Origin: Isurus oxyrinchus
Taxonomy: Eukaryota
Reading direction: 5' to 3'
Length of the DNA: 64,000 nucleotides
Assembly: GCA_026770705.1 (NCBI GenBank)
Contig: JANJGN010000038.1
Coordinates: 4,712,001-4,776,000, forward strand
Shown here: positions 36,001 through 48,989 of the stretch, in pieces
How positions within the stretch are numbered: position 1 is the first letter of the stretch
Layout: every line of letters starts with the position of its first letter
Translations under genes and position numbers: made by a program
The notes under the pieces: model-generated
Database searches by the model: none
Told to the model about the DNA's origin: nothing
What the model saw: the letters and a program-made list of their open reading frames with translations, nothing else

Positions 36001-36959
36001 AATTAGACGAATTTATTAATCGGGTTGTCTCGTTATTTCCGTTGCATTAATTAATCCATTGTAATTCCCAATAAGATCAGTCGTTATTTTTTCATGTTCT
36101 CCTTTACAAACTAGATTTTTAAAAAACTTATTCAACAGGAAACATTACTCCCATGATATCTTACAATATCTTTAAAAGTTGCACGTTTCTCACGTTATGA
36201 TGTTGAATGTTAATGAAGCATGTTGACATTGAATGTCACGTGACAATCTAGAAGCCCCCATACAAATTCACCACAGAGACATTTCCTATCCTGTGTGAAA
36301 ATCATTGCTGCATTATAATCAGTCAGCCTAACATTGCCGCCAGGTGAACGTCCAGTGAGCAGAATCGGGGCAATTTTAATGGTGAATTGGAAAATTTTCG
36401 GTTAGTAACCGACAGCTAACATGGATTTGTAATAAGGCAAAATAGAGAAACTTGACAGAACTTTTCTCTGAAGTAATAGACGGGATGGTATTCGTGGGTC
36501 CCGATGGTTTTGCATCATGAAGCAAGTTAACACAGTGTCCCACAAGTATTGGTGTTCAGTCAATTGTCATTTGTGATATCTGTTAGACATATGGACACGG
36601 GAACAAAGGGTAAAAATTTAAGCTTTGCCGATAGCGCAAGACATGGATATGGAGAAAACTGTGTGCAGGCTAGTTGACATAATTCAGGAAAGACAGCTGG
36701 AATGCCAAGCGCATGAGATATGGAATTTACTGCAAAATATATGATTTGGAATGCTATAATTGGAAAAAAATCGAGTTGGGAAGCAACATAAACCAACAGG
36801 CTAGAACCTTCGGTGATGCCAGTACAGTGGTGTATATTCTGGAAGGAGGGCCTTTGGAGTTCTCAATATCTGCTGCGGAATCCATCAAGTCTCATGACAT
36901 CAGAGAACATCAAATCAAACATGGATAAGGAAAACTACTGCTATTAGATATCAGATATC

Positions 36960-38480
36960 CAGAATCCAATTTTCCAGGATTGGGGATGGAGGTGATGGGC
37001 CGCTGGGGGAGAGGGTGGGAGGGCGGTGTTGGAATCATCGGGTGTGTCCAGGGTTGTTACATTTGGATACCAGGAGAGAATTAGGCGTGGTTGGGATGGT
37101 GGTCGAGGTGTTAGAGTGATACCCTGGGCTGTACAGGGGGCTGGAAGGCTTATGGGGTAATGAGGGGTCTGCAGGGTGTTTGGGGAATCGAGGGAAATTG
37201 TCGATGTCATGCTTGACGAGTATTCGATGTGTTGGGAGGGTGTTTGGCAGGTTATCGGGGGTATTCGTGAGGTCAATTAGGTCCTCACTGGGTGAGGGTG
37301 CAGTTGGGTGCTTGTGGTTCGTTGATTGTTGGGAGGACATCTTGGAGGCGGGAGGGTTGTCAGGGGTTGGGGAAGGTAATGGGGCGTAGTCAGGGGCGGG
37401 TTGAGAGGATAGGCGGGGGTGCTTCGGCAGTTGGGGAGGTGGGAGATATAGTTGAGGTTTCCAGTGGGGGGTCGGGGTTGTCATTTCTATAGTGACCCAG
37501 GAGTTAGAAGCGATTTTCGTTCTTCTCATTCCTCCTGGGAAACTATTTTCCCGGGACAGGCATAACAATCTGAAGTTTCCAATTAAAATCCACATGTCGG
37601 ATGGTTTGGATGGTCCCTGATGTTCTTCGGAAGTTTGAATTTTCCGGTCAATACTCGTGCAGCCCTCATATGGGGGCTTCCGGACCGGGGGCGGATGGTG
37701 GAGGTTGTGCTTCTCAAACAGCATCTTTGGGGTGCCTCATGGCTGCGGCCCTACGGAGATCAGAATGTATTGTCAATATTCCCAGATCTTCTGACCAGTA
37801 GATGGCCTGACCCAAAGGTACCAGAGAGATGCGATGTTCGATGCCATTTAACTCCCCACTTCAGGACGGCCAGGCAACTTCCCCCGGATTTTCCACATCC
37901 TTTATACAATTAGTACTGCATCTGGAACATTCCAGAACCCTGGGTTAGATTTGGAGGAGTTGGATTTTCCTGGCATACTTAGCAGAATAGGTACCCAGGA
38001 AACGTGAGAAGGATTAATACCAGTTCCAGCTCCTGGGTAACCAGAATTCAGATCTCCAACTCTGAAATGGACACCCCAATTACTGTCCAGACAGCCCGAG
38101 TGTGCCCTAGAACCCCGACTACCATCCAAAACCCAATTACCCATACCCTGTCTAATACATTGAAACTTCAACTGCTGCCGAGATGACAGGGACAACCCCC
38201 ATCCCCAAACTAATCTCCCACATTCCCATTGCACCCAACCCCCGACTACCCTCCCGAACACCCGAATCTCCCCCTACCCCAGACAACCCTCCGGATAACC
38301 CAAACGCTACCCACACTCCCACCGCACTGTGCCTACTCCGCACTTCAACGCCCACCCGCTAACCACCCCCCCGTCCAATTGTCTAGCCCCCTTCCCCCAC
38401 TAAATGTCAACAACCTCTAACTGCCTGATATCCCTCGAACTAGCCTATTCCCTCACCCCTATACTTGCCACCCGACTACC
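36960..38480. repeat. ~1.5-kb imperfect foldback (G-rich left arm, C-rich right arm) MITE-like element
   Basis: 37492-37551 aligns with the reverse complement of 37982-38041 (gtgacccaggagttagaa.. / gttacccaggagctggaa..); strand skew flips around ~37770. Confidence 0.7.
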
Positions 38481-39083
38481 TGACCCTGCTGTCTTGCACA
38501 CTAAACTTCTCTCCACGCTGTGCCTATCTTCATTTTATGATTCTGAATCTGTAATTGAGACATTCGTGGAAGTATTTCCACCTTTCTGTCTGAAATGCGC
38601 GAGATAATTATTATTTTAAAATAACTGTAGCTTATAATTTCACTATAGCTTGAATTGTATTTGTCAATATGTATTTTCTTTCGCTGTTATCCCCTTCCCT
38701 TTATGCTAAATTTCTGTTTTCTCTTTCTGGCCTATGTTACACTTCTACTTACAGTTGGCAGCTCAGAGCACATGGGGTCGTCTCAATGTGACGCTCAAAT
38801 GATAAATTCACTTTTGTGACCTTTAAATGAATAATTTCTACAAAACATGCCCTGAAATTGTTAATAAATCTTGAATGATAATTGCACCAAGTATGACTTT
38901 GCTGAATTCATTTCTCCTCGGTTCATTGACATGGCTGCATTTTCCCTATTTCACGTTTTCCTCCTTTCCCGACTGGTATTTAACACGATTCCTGTCTGCA
39001 AAGTGTTTGAACTCGAGGCCCTTCAGTCAAAGCGCGATTCACCACACAACCCCCCACCCGTGTAAAGAAATGTTTACCCCTTC

Positions 39084-39410
39084 CCTTTTATGGTAAAAAC
39101 CAGAAGCAGAATGATGGAATGGCGAAGAGCAGCTCAGTGACGTCTCTGATCTGTCACATCAGCGTCAGGTCGTTCTAAATAATAAAGGCACTCTTCCTCA
39201 GAGGTTAATGCAGCACAATGTTTGAGGAAGAATACGTTCTTTACATATCACATAAAATATTCCCAGGCCTCTACAGCACTGGTTAGGCGCGGAGTAAAGT
39301 GCCCCCCCCACGCCACCACCGCCCCGCCCCCCCCACACCCTCCCCCCCCACCCCCCGCACTGTCCGGCTAAACACTTACAAAGCAGAGCAGTTGCAGAGC
39401 CGATATATAA
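39084..39410 (+). promoter_or_regulatory. Immediate-early-type promoter: CArG box, Ets-like site, CRE-like site, GC boxes, TATA
   Basis: CCTTTTATGG 39084-39093; ccagaag just downstream; tgacgtct ~39138; ccgccccgcccc ~39318; TATATAA 39404-39410 (also conserved in the paralog at 27617). Confidence 0.55.
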
Positions 39411-39529
39411 CACTGACATTGCCGTTGGCACAACCATAGGCTAATTCCTAGAGGCCGGGAAATATATGGCACATAAACACCATCGAGACAAAATCTTGTC
39501 GGCCTTCTTATGCTGAACCGGGCAAAAAC

Positions 39530-40100
39530 ATGAGAACGATTCTGAGAGATTGGGACCAATGCAGATCTGATATAGACATACTATTGAACAGAAATTCTAC
39601 AAGCTTTCGCTAGAATTTGTATTCCCTCAGGCTTGAGAGGGAGCAGAACCCGTTGGACATTGGGGCCTCGATGACACAAAAAGGAAATCAGCCTGAACAA
39701 AGTGATGTGGTGCAAAACCTGGGGCCTCTCTAATACACAAACCCTAATGCCTTCTCTGGCACTTTTAGTTTCTTTGATCTGGGAGCTGCATGACTGCTTG
39801 AACCCCTTATGAAGACAACTGCAGATAGTACGTCCACACCATGAAAAGCTGCCTATTCTTTAAGGATTTCACACTGGCAGATCTGGCCTCTTTATGCAGA
39901 CATGGACTATCCAGTGAATTGTAATTATTGTTTACCCACTACACAAATCCATGCTTCCCCACATCAATTATTATTACTAAAACTAAAAGAAAACACGAGT
40001 TACCAGATTGGCTAGTCACAACACTTGATATCATGCGAGTTGTCAAAACTAGCATGAATTACGTCTTGATTGAAAGAATAAAACGAGGGCTGAGAGTTAA
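39530..40100 (+). pseudogene. Heavily decayed MCL1/Bcl-2-family-like coding relic (copy 2)
   Basis: Collinear frameshifted peptides EQKFYKLSLEFV..*EGA (cf. MCL1 EDELYRQSLEIISRYLREQA), A*LLEP/L*R/TADS (cf. RKALETLRRVGDG), *IVII (cf. RIVTL), DWLV (cf. RDWLV). Confidence 0.42.
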
Positions 40101-40596
40101 AATTTCGCATCAGGTTTTGGAAAATTCACGTGTCCACTGGTCGAGAACAGCTATAGAGGCGGAGATTAGAAGTGAAGGAAAGGGGTGAGATGGGCTGTGC
40201 TAATGCACAATGCACAAAAATTTAACTGACTAAAGATGGTGGTGTAAGGCTGAATATGGGTTGCAATGGGACAGATGTTTCTGCTTGCTGTTTACACAGA
40301 TACACACATTACTCCTGATCAACCAATCACAACTGACCTTCGAAAACAGCACTCCAGTCCGGAGTTGTTTCTTCACTGCAACAAATGGTGCAACTCCGCC
40401 AGGTTTACAACTCGTTTTGTGTTGCAAAGTGGAGAGTGCCTAATTTCCAAATGAGAATACAAATATTACAACTTTGATTTTAAACATTGAAGCATCATTT
40501 ACTCCGTCAATGTTAGAGTCGGATATCAATACTTCGTCCCAATTAGGCACAATATCAGTTAAAAAGTCAAAGGGTAAAGTGATGCTTCTGTAACAG

Positions 40597-41253
40597 TTTT
40601 TTTATTCATTCATGGATGTGGGTGTCCCAGGTTCAGTCAGCATTTAATGCCCACCCGTAATTGCCCTTGAGAACTTGGTGTTAATGAGCTTCTTTCTTGA
40701 ACTGCTGTGGTCCATGTAGTGTAGGTACACCTATGTTCTGTTAGGGAGGGAGTTCCAGGATATTGACCCAAAGACATTGAGGGAACAGCGACATATTTCC
40801 AAGTCAGTATGATGAGTGACTTGGAGGGGAAATTCCAGTTGTTGGAGTTCCCATATATCTGCTGCCCTTGTCATTCAAGAAGGTAGTGGCCGTAAGTTTG
40901 GAAGGTGCTGTCTAAGGTGAATTCCTGCAGTGCATTTGTAGATGGCAAATAGTGCTGCCACTGTGTACCAGTGGTGGAGGGAGTGAATATTTGTGGATGG
41001 GGGGGTCAATCCCGCGGGTTGCTTTGTCCTGGATGGTGTCAAGCTTCGTGAGTGTTGTTGGAGCAGCACTCATCCAGGCAAGTGGGAAGTATTTAATTAC
41101 ACTCTTGACTTGCACCAAGAGCAAGTGGGCCACCTGGTGGGCAGGCTTTGGGGAATCAGGAGCTGAGTTAATCGACGCAGGATACCTAGCCTCTTACCTG
41201 CTCTTGTAGCCACAGTGTTTAGATGGCTAGCCCAGTTCAATTTCTAGTCAATG
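40597..41253 (-). mobile_element. CR1/L2-group LINE 3' fragment
   Basis: KYFPLAWMSAAPTTLTKLDTIQDKA, HSLHHWYTVAA; family 3' tail. Confidence 0.9.
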
Positions 41254-41289
41254 GATGTGTCAGGGGAAGAGTAGATCAGGATTCGAAAA

Positions 41290-42410
41290 GCCGGCGTGAG
41301 GTAGGATGCTTTGAACTGACAAAATGTGTAAGGTGTTGTGAACAGTTGACGTAGTGTAACTTGTGTCAGGAGTAGGTTTCGTTGGCAGTTGAGGAATGGT
41401 CGGGCTTGTAGTCTAGTTCAAGTGGGGCAGGATTGTTCGGGCGTGAAATGGTCGGGGGGGGTTGGCTGGTTCAGGCTGTCTGTTAGGTCGGGGAGGTAGA
41501 GTGGGTAGTATAGGTCCAGTGGGTTAGAATAGTCCAGACTGTAGGATAGTCCTTGGAGGCAGGATGGGTTGAGGGGGGTAGGTTGGGCTAGGAGAATTGG
41601 ATGATTCAGGGTAGGATACTTGGAGTGTGTATGATGGGTTGGAGGTAGGACGCGGCGAGTGGGGTTGGGTGTGCCAGTCTGGATGGTTGGATCAGGGGTA
41701 GAATGGTGGAGCGTGGTAGGATGATTCAGTGATGTAATCTGTGGCTGGCTGGTTGGATGAGTTGAGTGGGGCAGTATGGGTCAGGGGCATAGGATGGTCC
41801 CGGGTTTAGGGTAGGTAGAATGGGATAGGGTGGATCGGGTGGTAGCATCGTTCAGGGGAATAGGATACGTTGGGATTAGGATAGGTGGAGTGGGTAGGAT
41901 GGGTCGGAGGGTGTAGAATTAGTCCAGGGGTATTTTGTGTCTGCGGGTGTCAGTCGAGGCGTGGGTGAGACGATTTGTGGAGGGAGGAATAATAGGGTGG
42001 TGTTTTTTTAGTCGGGTTACTCACGGGGGTGGGGTTGTAGTCCGGGGTAGGAAGGTAGTCGGGCTGTCAGGAGGATAATCGGGGCAACCGAGTGAGGAAT
42101 GGTGGAGGGGAATATTTGGGGTCAAGTGGGGAATTGGGAAGTAGGAAATTATTTCAAATCCCCTGACTTTTCCTGGATACCTATTCTGCTAAGAGTGGTG
42201 GAGCTACGTATGTTCTGCAATTTAAATTTGATGTCCAGATGATTCCAAGGCATCCAGGATAATTTCCCATCGGAAGTTTGAAGTTCCTGTGCAATATCTT
42301 TGTAATGTTTACATGAGAAATTCCTGTGGGGGCCCCGGGTGCATCTTCTGGGGCACTCACCATGCACAACCCCTCCCACCCCCACGTACCGAATTCGGAA
42401 GTTCGGTGCG
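41290..42410. repeat. G-rich degenerate ~19-20-bp minisatellite (gggtaggatggt...) plus foldback-element core
   Basis: Repeated gtaggat/gtagaat units; ttcctggatacctattctgctaag (42170-42193) is the reverse complement of 37978-38001. Confidence 0.7.
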
Positions 42411-42414
42411 AATG

Positions 42415-42680
42415 ACAATGGTTCCCTGAATATAGTCTGCTCTGCCCCTAAATACAATGCTCTCTGCCCTGTAAATGGAATGATCTCTGTCCCCTAATAC
42501 AATTTTCACTGTCCCCTAAAACAATGACCACTGTACCATAACCATAATGATCACTGGCTGCTAAATACAATCTTTGAATGTCCCCTAACTACAATGATCA
42601 TCTTCTCCTAAGTTCAATTATTAATGTCCCCTGAATGCAATCTTCACTGTCCCCTAAAAATAATGTTGATTCACCCATAA
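42415..42680 (+). repeat. Degenerate 23-bp tandem array (ctgtcccctaaatacaatgatca)
   Basis: About 11 units read directly. Confidence 0.85.
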
Positions 42681-44049
42681 ATTGAACAATGCGCTCTCTG
42701 CAGGGAACATTTGTCAGAGCTCCGCAAGGGATTATTTAGAAGTTTACTAGAAAAGCATCATATTACCGCTGCTTTAAGTGTTATTTATAGATAATTATTT
42801 TAAAATAGACTCTGCACAGTCACAGGCCCCTGTGTATTGTACCCAGTTCAGTGAGTATGTTTTTGTCAAGGAGCTGGTGATGTGATTGATAACTTCCAGC
42901 GTTTTTTCTTTTTGTTTCTTTATGAGATTTTCAGATTTCTTTCCATGTTACATAGTTGCCTTTGAATTACTTTCATCTTTTTCAGCTTGTGATTACTGGC
43001 TCTAATGGCTTAATTACAGTATCACTTTTTACAACCAACGCTTTGTTCAAATAACTTAAGTGTAAAAATTACAGTAATCAGGGATACAAGCACATCATTA
43101 AACCTAGATGAGATACGGACCAAGGTGTGGCTTAAGACAGAGCAATTCTATTTCATTGATTTATTAACCTCTGTTTGCTTTTCTACATATAATTTCCAAT
43201 CCCTGTTTTGTAGACTATGGCCGATCATAGAAAACACACTAATTTAAATCATGAAGTCTTCTTAATTTCACAAAGTTCAAATGAGCATGTAATTAAGAAA
43301 ATACTTTGAAATGGAAGTCGATCTGTAAGTTTACTAAGCTAGATATCGGGCATTGTTGTTTACGTGTCGTCTCAGAGGTGAAACATAATTGTTACATGTA
43401 ACTGCTAACCAGACCTCCACTTTAATAGCAATTTCTCAAAATGCACAAATCCAACCAAGAGGATAATTACTTTTTATTTTAAGTTTCAGCTTCTTGTTCC
43501 ATCGCCAGAACTCTCGTTTTTAATTTTTTTTTATGTATTTGTAACAAAGTGTGACACATGTTTTGTGATGTGTGTCCTGCAACAGAAGTGCATCGGTTCC
43601 AAGACTAACAGCAAATATGCAAACGTAAATGGTAGGTTGTTTGATAGTGACAGAGAAACTAACCAATCAATAGAGACATTCATTTTGAGTGGAAAGGTTC
43701 GTCTCTTTTAAAGATAACAAGTTTATTTAATGTCAGGAGATCTAATTGTTCTAAATAAACATCAAAGAGGTATTTGAACTTAATCATTATTTAATTGTCA
43801 TTGGGCCAGTTTGGTGCAGGTCACTTTCTAGTTGTGGACAAAAACGCCCAAAACTTTAAGATTTTTTTTTTCGCGGTATGGCCGAACCTAACTCTGAATG
43901 GTGATAGAAACCTGGAATATTGGCTGAACGGTACGATTCAAAATATGATTATGTCAGCCTGTTGCCTGAATGCTCTCTGGGGCAGATCTCATGCATCCAC
44001 ATTTGTGTGAAGAAGACTTTACAGGATCGACAGAGCTGACTGTCATTTT

Positions 44050-44430
44050 GTTGTTTCTGGTGCTTAGCTCGATGCCGGGTGTTCCATCGGTTCTATTTTC
44101 AAACATTTTCTCCCGCTTGCTAGGCCAGTTAAGGGGGAAGTTGTCACTCCACTGCATCTCCCTGGGCGTAGCATCACATAGAGGCCAAACTTGGGAAAGA
44201 CAACTGAATTCCTTCATGAAAGTAAATGAATGAAACGGATTGTGCTAATTCATGAGAATTCTGTAGTTTCATGGTCATCATTCATAATTGCTCTTTTTTA
44301 ATTTTCAGCTTACTTTCGTGAACTGAATTTATGTTCATCAGTTGACGTGGTGGGATGTAAATTTTCGTCCCTGAATCACTAACCTTGCCTTCAGATTTAC
44401 TCGTCCATGAACCTGACCACTATTCCAACA
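44050..44430 (-). mobile_element. Decayed tRNA-derived SINE
   Basis: gctaggccagttaaggggg..gcatcacatagaggccaaac..gtggtgggat, reverse complement of the 12286-12682 family; similar copy ~34690-34975. Confidence 0.6.
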
Positions 44431-46377
44431 TACATCAAGGCAATTGTCTACCAACGAGATATAGAGACTAGGGTTCAATTGAAAATATCAAAACTGAGAT
44501 TGATAGGATTTGGTACCAACTGCTTTAAACTAAGGTGTCCAAATGGAGACATTCTGCATATTAGCAATGCACTAATTGAAGGACAGGGAAGATTCCCGGA
44601 CCAGAATATCCTTCTCCTTTTGCTATGGGTCAACAACTTCGGGATAGGATCCAAAATTGCACTGGTAAATGCATAACTGAAACCAGAAACCAGCTGTAGT
44701 CAGCAATTTCTGCAAAGCAGCGAGAAGGGAACAAGGAGGCATAGAACAGCACCAAGCAGATTGGAAAAATGGTCGCCAGTATAGTAAGTATGACTATATT
44801 TCAATAGTTAGTGTGACAGCAAAAAGAATGTGATGCACACTGGACAGAGAGTGCTCCAATGCAATGGATGTGGACAACGTTTTAACTAGTTAGCACAATA
44901 TGAATAAATAAACGCATCGCACCATTCACAGTGGGGAGAGGTCTTGCACGTTTTCAATGACTGGACGAAGTTTCAACAAATCATCCAACTTCAGTAGCAC
45001 AAGGATGCGGTATACTGCGAAACATTGCAAATGAGGACACTGTAGGACGGGACTCGCTTCCTCAGCCTGCCTGCAAATTAATCGTTATATTCCCACTGAG
45101 AAGAAGTTGTTCACATGTTGCATGGAGTAGGGAAGATGTTAACAGTTGTTTCTTCTTCTCGCAGTCCGTTATGTTTAAGAGGTAGACGTAGGAAAAACCT
45201 TTCAAATGATATGTAGTTGGTGAGTGAGTCAGTCGTGCATTTCAATTGCTGACAGATGAGTGAAATTTCAAGTAGCAGCAGAATTTCAATTATGTTCTTA
45301 CTAATGATGTTAATCACATCTGGGGTTATTTAATAATCTGGACAAAGGGCATATAAAGCGAAGGCTAATGCATCAGTTTCCACCTCGACATTGAAAGACC
45401 TTTCGAGGTATAACAAATAATTACTTTCTTACTCACGATCTTCCGCTGGCAACAGTGACAAATATTGAGACCTGTGCCGCATTTTGCATTTGGGGAGCAG
45501 GAGAACTGCCATACCCCAAGCGCATGTGCAATACTCACCCGAGATTGGGATAATGATCTGTTGCAATGAGTAGCCAATAACTTCTCTGGCGTGAGATTTT
45601 GTGGCTATCAGGATGGCAAGAAATGTGTTTGTGCATGGTCAGTGGGGAGCGGCAGTGCTGTAAAGTGTGGCGAGTCATTCAAAAGCTCATTGGCTTTGAC
45701 AGAACCAAAAAATCTCGCCGCCGAGAGGGGCCATAAAATTTTGAATTTGCCATTACATTTGATGAGTTATTTTTAATAATTCTGTTGTTCACGATTGATG
45801 CCCGTTGAAAATAAGACACTGTAGTTAGACTCGATTTATGCTGTTTGATAACACTGGAAATGTCATCGTAATTGTCCGATTGAAAGTGTAGAAGGCGAAT
45901 TACTGTTGTTCATTTTTTCCTGCCCCTTATTCCTATGTTTAATGACAAGGGTTAGCGAGTGTGAAGCGGTGACTAGTGAGTTGAGAACAATGCATGGGAG
46001 TAGCATTTGTTACCGTTTCAGAACGCCTTTTACCTATAAGGTATAAACTACACAAAGCAATAACATTGAGGTTCCTCCCTTAAATTGTTAAATTTTGGTA
46101 TCCAATATCAGATCTAAGCCGGACTCTCTGTCTCCCACATGGATTTCCAAGGCCCTGGGGGCTGGTAGGGATGTACCAGGCCCCTGCTAGCACGAGGAAG
46201 ACAACTAAAAACTAACTGGGAGCAGGCAACGTTCTTTATACATTGTTAAATTCACACGGAGGAAAAGGGACTCAAAGCAAATGACGCTGCTTCCGGGAGA
46301 CAAAACTTTTGTGTGAGACAAACTAAAGCAGTAATGGATGGAACACAAATTATGACTTGTGTTGAATTTTATTGTTA

Positions 46378-47288
46378 TCATCTTTTAAATAATTTTACAA
46401 GCAGATTCAATGGGAATTTCACACCATTCTTTAACTCTTCTCTGAATTTACTCTGGGTCCCTGCATAAATAAATGGATTGACGCAAGAACTCAGGAGCTG
46501 AAGCATACGTGCGCTTTCCTCCATAAGAAAATTTGATTCATTGATATTGGTAGAGTCTGCATAGCTAAGATTCGCAATTCGGACATAGAGGAAGTTTATA
46601 AGTCTTAACAAATGTAACAGGATGAAACTGCCCGAGATACAGAAGAGCAAAACCATGGATTTCCTTCTTTTCTGCATCTCTGGGTCACTTTGATTCTCTC
46701 CATTGCTCTGGATCCGGAGTCTCCTGTGGGCTCGACTGGCCGCTACAATGTGTCTGATGGTCAGAGCATTGAGCAGTAAAATAAGGAAGAAGGAGAGGCA
46801 AAGGGTTAAAACGGCGATTATGCTTTCATAAGCGACCCATTCAGGTGCCATATAAAATATTGATTTTGAATTGCATTGCCAGGGTATATTGTCAATGATA
46901 AAGGCAGGCTCACACCTAAAATACAAGGGAATGCTTTTAACGCAGTTAAGTACAGAGACAGTTGCTATCACCGCAGCCGCCATTTTCTTAGTGCAATATT
47001 TAATTTTCAGCTTCTGGCAGCAAATGGCTACAAATCGGTCAAAGGTGAAAGCCACTGTTACCCAGACAGAAGAATCGATGACTCCATAATTTAGCACAAG
47101 TCTGACGCTGAAGACCGGAGTGATGGCCAGGAGACTGAACGGGAAATAAATACCTATAATCTGGTTTAATATCACAACTGTGATCTCGACAAGAAGATCC
47201 GTCACGGCCATGGACATCAAATAGTAAGTGATACATTTGGAGAGACCGCATCTTCCTCGAGTCAGTATCACAATCACGACCAGATTAG
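46378..47288 (-). CDS. GPR139/GPR142-like class A GPCR, exon 2 (intact; spliced protein 326 aa)
   Basis: Acceptor cgctgtcacag; open frame with 7TM pattern, MAVTDLL (TM2), FTFDRFVAIC (TM3), NPFIY (TM7), FREEL (helix 8); intron within GIP-A-NL as in GPR139 GLPAN. Confidence 0.93.
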
Positions 47289-48534
47289 CTGTGACAGCGA
47301 AACGCAGCCAGCAAATAGCCAATTTTGGGAAAGAAATTTAGAACATAAAATGTTGGAAATTCTCAGTCAGGCAGCAGTTGAAAAGAGAGGAACAAGTTAG
47401 CATGTCAGAAAGATGATCTGGAGGAAAATATCCTAAAACACAGCAATCTGTTCTGTACTGTCAGCAACACTAAGGGCCAACTCAAGGTGAAAATTGAACG
47501 TCCTGCATTGTGACCCTGAAATACAGTCAATGTTGTTCTCATTCAACGTTTAGAGACGGGAAAATATAACAATACTCTGAAACATTGGAAAATCGAAGGT
47601 TAACAAATACATTATAGAGCTTGAAAAAAGTTCAGCAAAAAAAAAGCTACTACTTAACTGAAAAGAAGATGAAGGAGATGTGATGCATCTGAGTTGTAAC
47701 AATTCGAAGTTAAAGGAACAAGGCTTCACAGCCACGAGTAAAACTAATCATGCTTACTATGGCTCTGTTTACAGCAATCTCACTTTTGAGTCAAAAGGTG
47801 TAGCGTTCAAGCCCAACTGTTGGACTTCAGCAACGTTGCACTGCCGGATATGCTATATTTCAGCTAAAACAAAAGGCTGAGGACCGGTCGTGAATACAAA
47901 ATCTTACTTAAGAAATAGCTGTTATTCACATTCCAGCGCAAGGAGCAATATATGCACATGGCAAAGTGAGGTAATTTAACAGCTGTGTCAATAATACCAT
48001 AGAGCTACATTTACAGCGTGATAAATCAGCCATGGTGACAGTGTCAGTAATACAATTGATTTACATTGCACTGTGATATTAGTGTGCTAAATACTTCGCC
48101 CACATTAATAATGACAATAACAACATCTAATTACGTTTAGACTGAGAGGCGGCACTGCTAAGTTGGCAGAAAAGTTTTATTTAAAGAGATGAAATGGCAT
48201 TGGCGAAGCAAACATAGTAATCCCTGAAATGGAAGTAAGTATAGTGGCAATGGGAAGAAACTGTTCTCGTGAAGGGGAGAAATTGTAGCCTTAAAGTGGA
48301 GAAAAGAGACCAGTAATGACCAGTAATATTGCAAGGAAAGGGAAGGTTTAATCTCATTTAAAAGAAGAATGCACCAAACGTGGAGATAAGGATACTGCAA
48401 AAAAGGGAAAACATTATAAAAATACAAATTATCCTGTTAATGGGGTGAATCATAGAGAAGCAGTACAGCTAAATTAAAGAAGTGATAGAGTGAAAAATGA
48501 TTCTGGTAACTGGTAACTAACCCTAATACTTTAC

Positions 48535-48604
48535 CTGGAATACCGATAGCTGCAAGAACGGGATAGTAAATGACGAACACCAGACCTTCTGGTATCCCAT
48601 GCAT
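48535..48604 (-). CDS. Exon 1 of the intact GPR139-like GPCR
   Basis: MHGIPEGLVFVIYYPVLAAIGIP + G|gtaaag, phase 1; in-frame upstream ATGs at 48613 and 48664 are alternative starts. Confidence 0.9.
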
Positions 48605-48989
48605 TTCTCTCATAAGCTCCAAGTGGGCTCTGTGCTGCACCGAAAGACTTTTAGATTTATACATGATGTCGGACTCTAGGGAGACAATGAGAAGGTTTGC
48701 CTTTTTACATTAATTACACTAACTGAAAAAAACATTTTAGTGCAGCTGCTGCCACGCTCGCGTTTATATTTTTGATGGAATGGAATCTGTTTTCAAGGAC
48801 ATTGGCGCGACAGGAGAGTACGGTCCAAGTTGCATTTTTGCCTAAAATTTAAATAACAAGCCAAATAAGCGATTGTAACTGTGAAAGTGAGCACTGTGCA
48901 CGAGCATCCATGGCTTTAAACTCAGCAGGAAAACATTACAAAGTTCTCACTCTTGATCATTTTTCAGCCCGTGTGAACACGGATCACGT

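Noticed and set aside
37035-37724. 229-aa proline-rich ORF
   Set aside because: By-product of the G-rich arm of the foldback repeat; no domain features
40267-40310. WDRCFC..QIHT resembling an EGR-type zinc finger downstream of the CArG promoter
   Set aside because: Spacing and Cys/His pattern do not fit and no further fingers follow
47289-47322. N-terminus MAICWLRFAVT of the 314-aa ORF as the true start
   Set aside because: TTG start within intron sequence; canonical acceptor and a matching exon 1 at 48535-48604 give the real N-terminus
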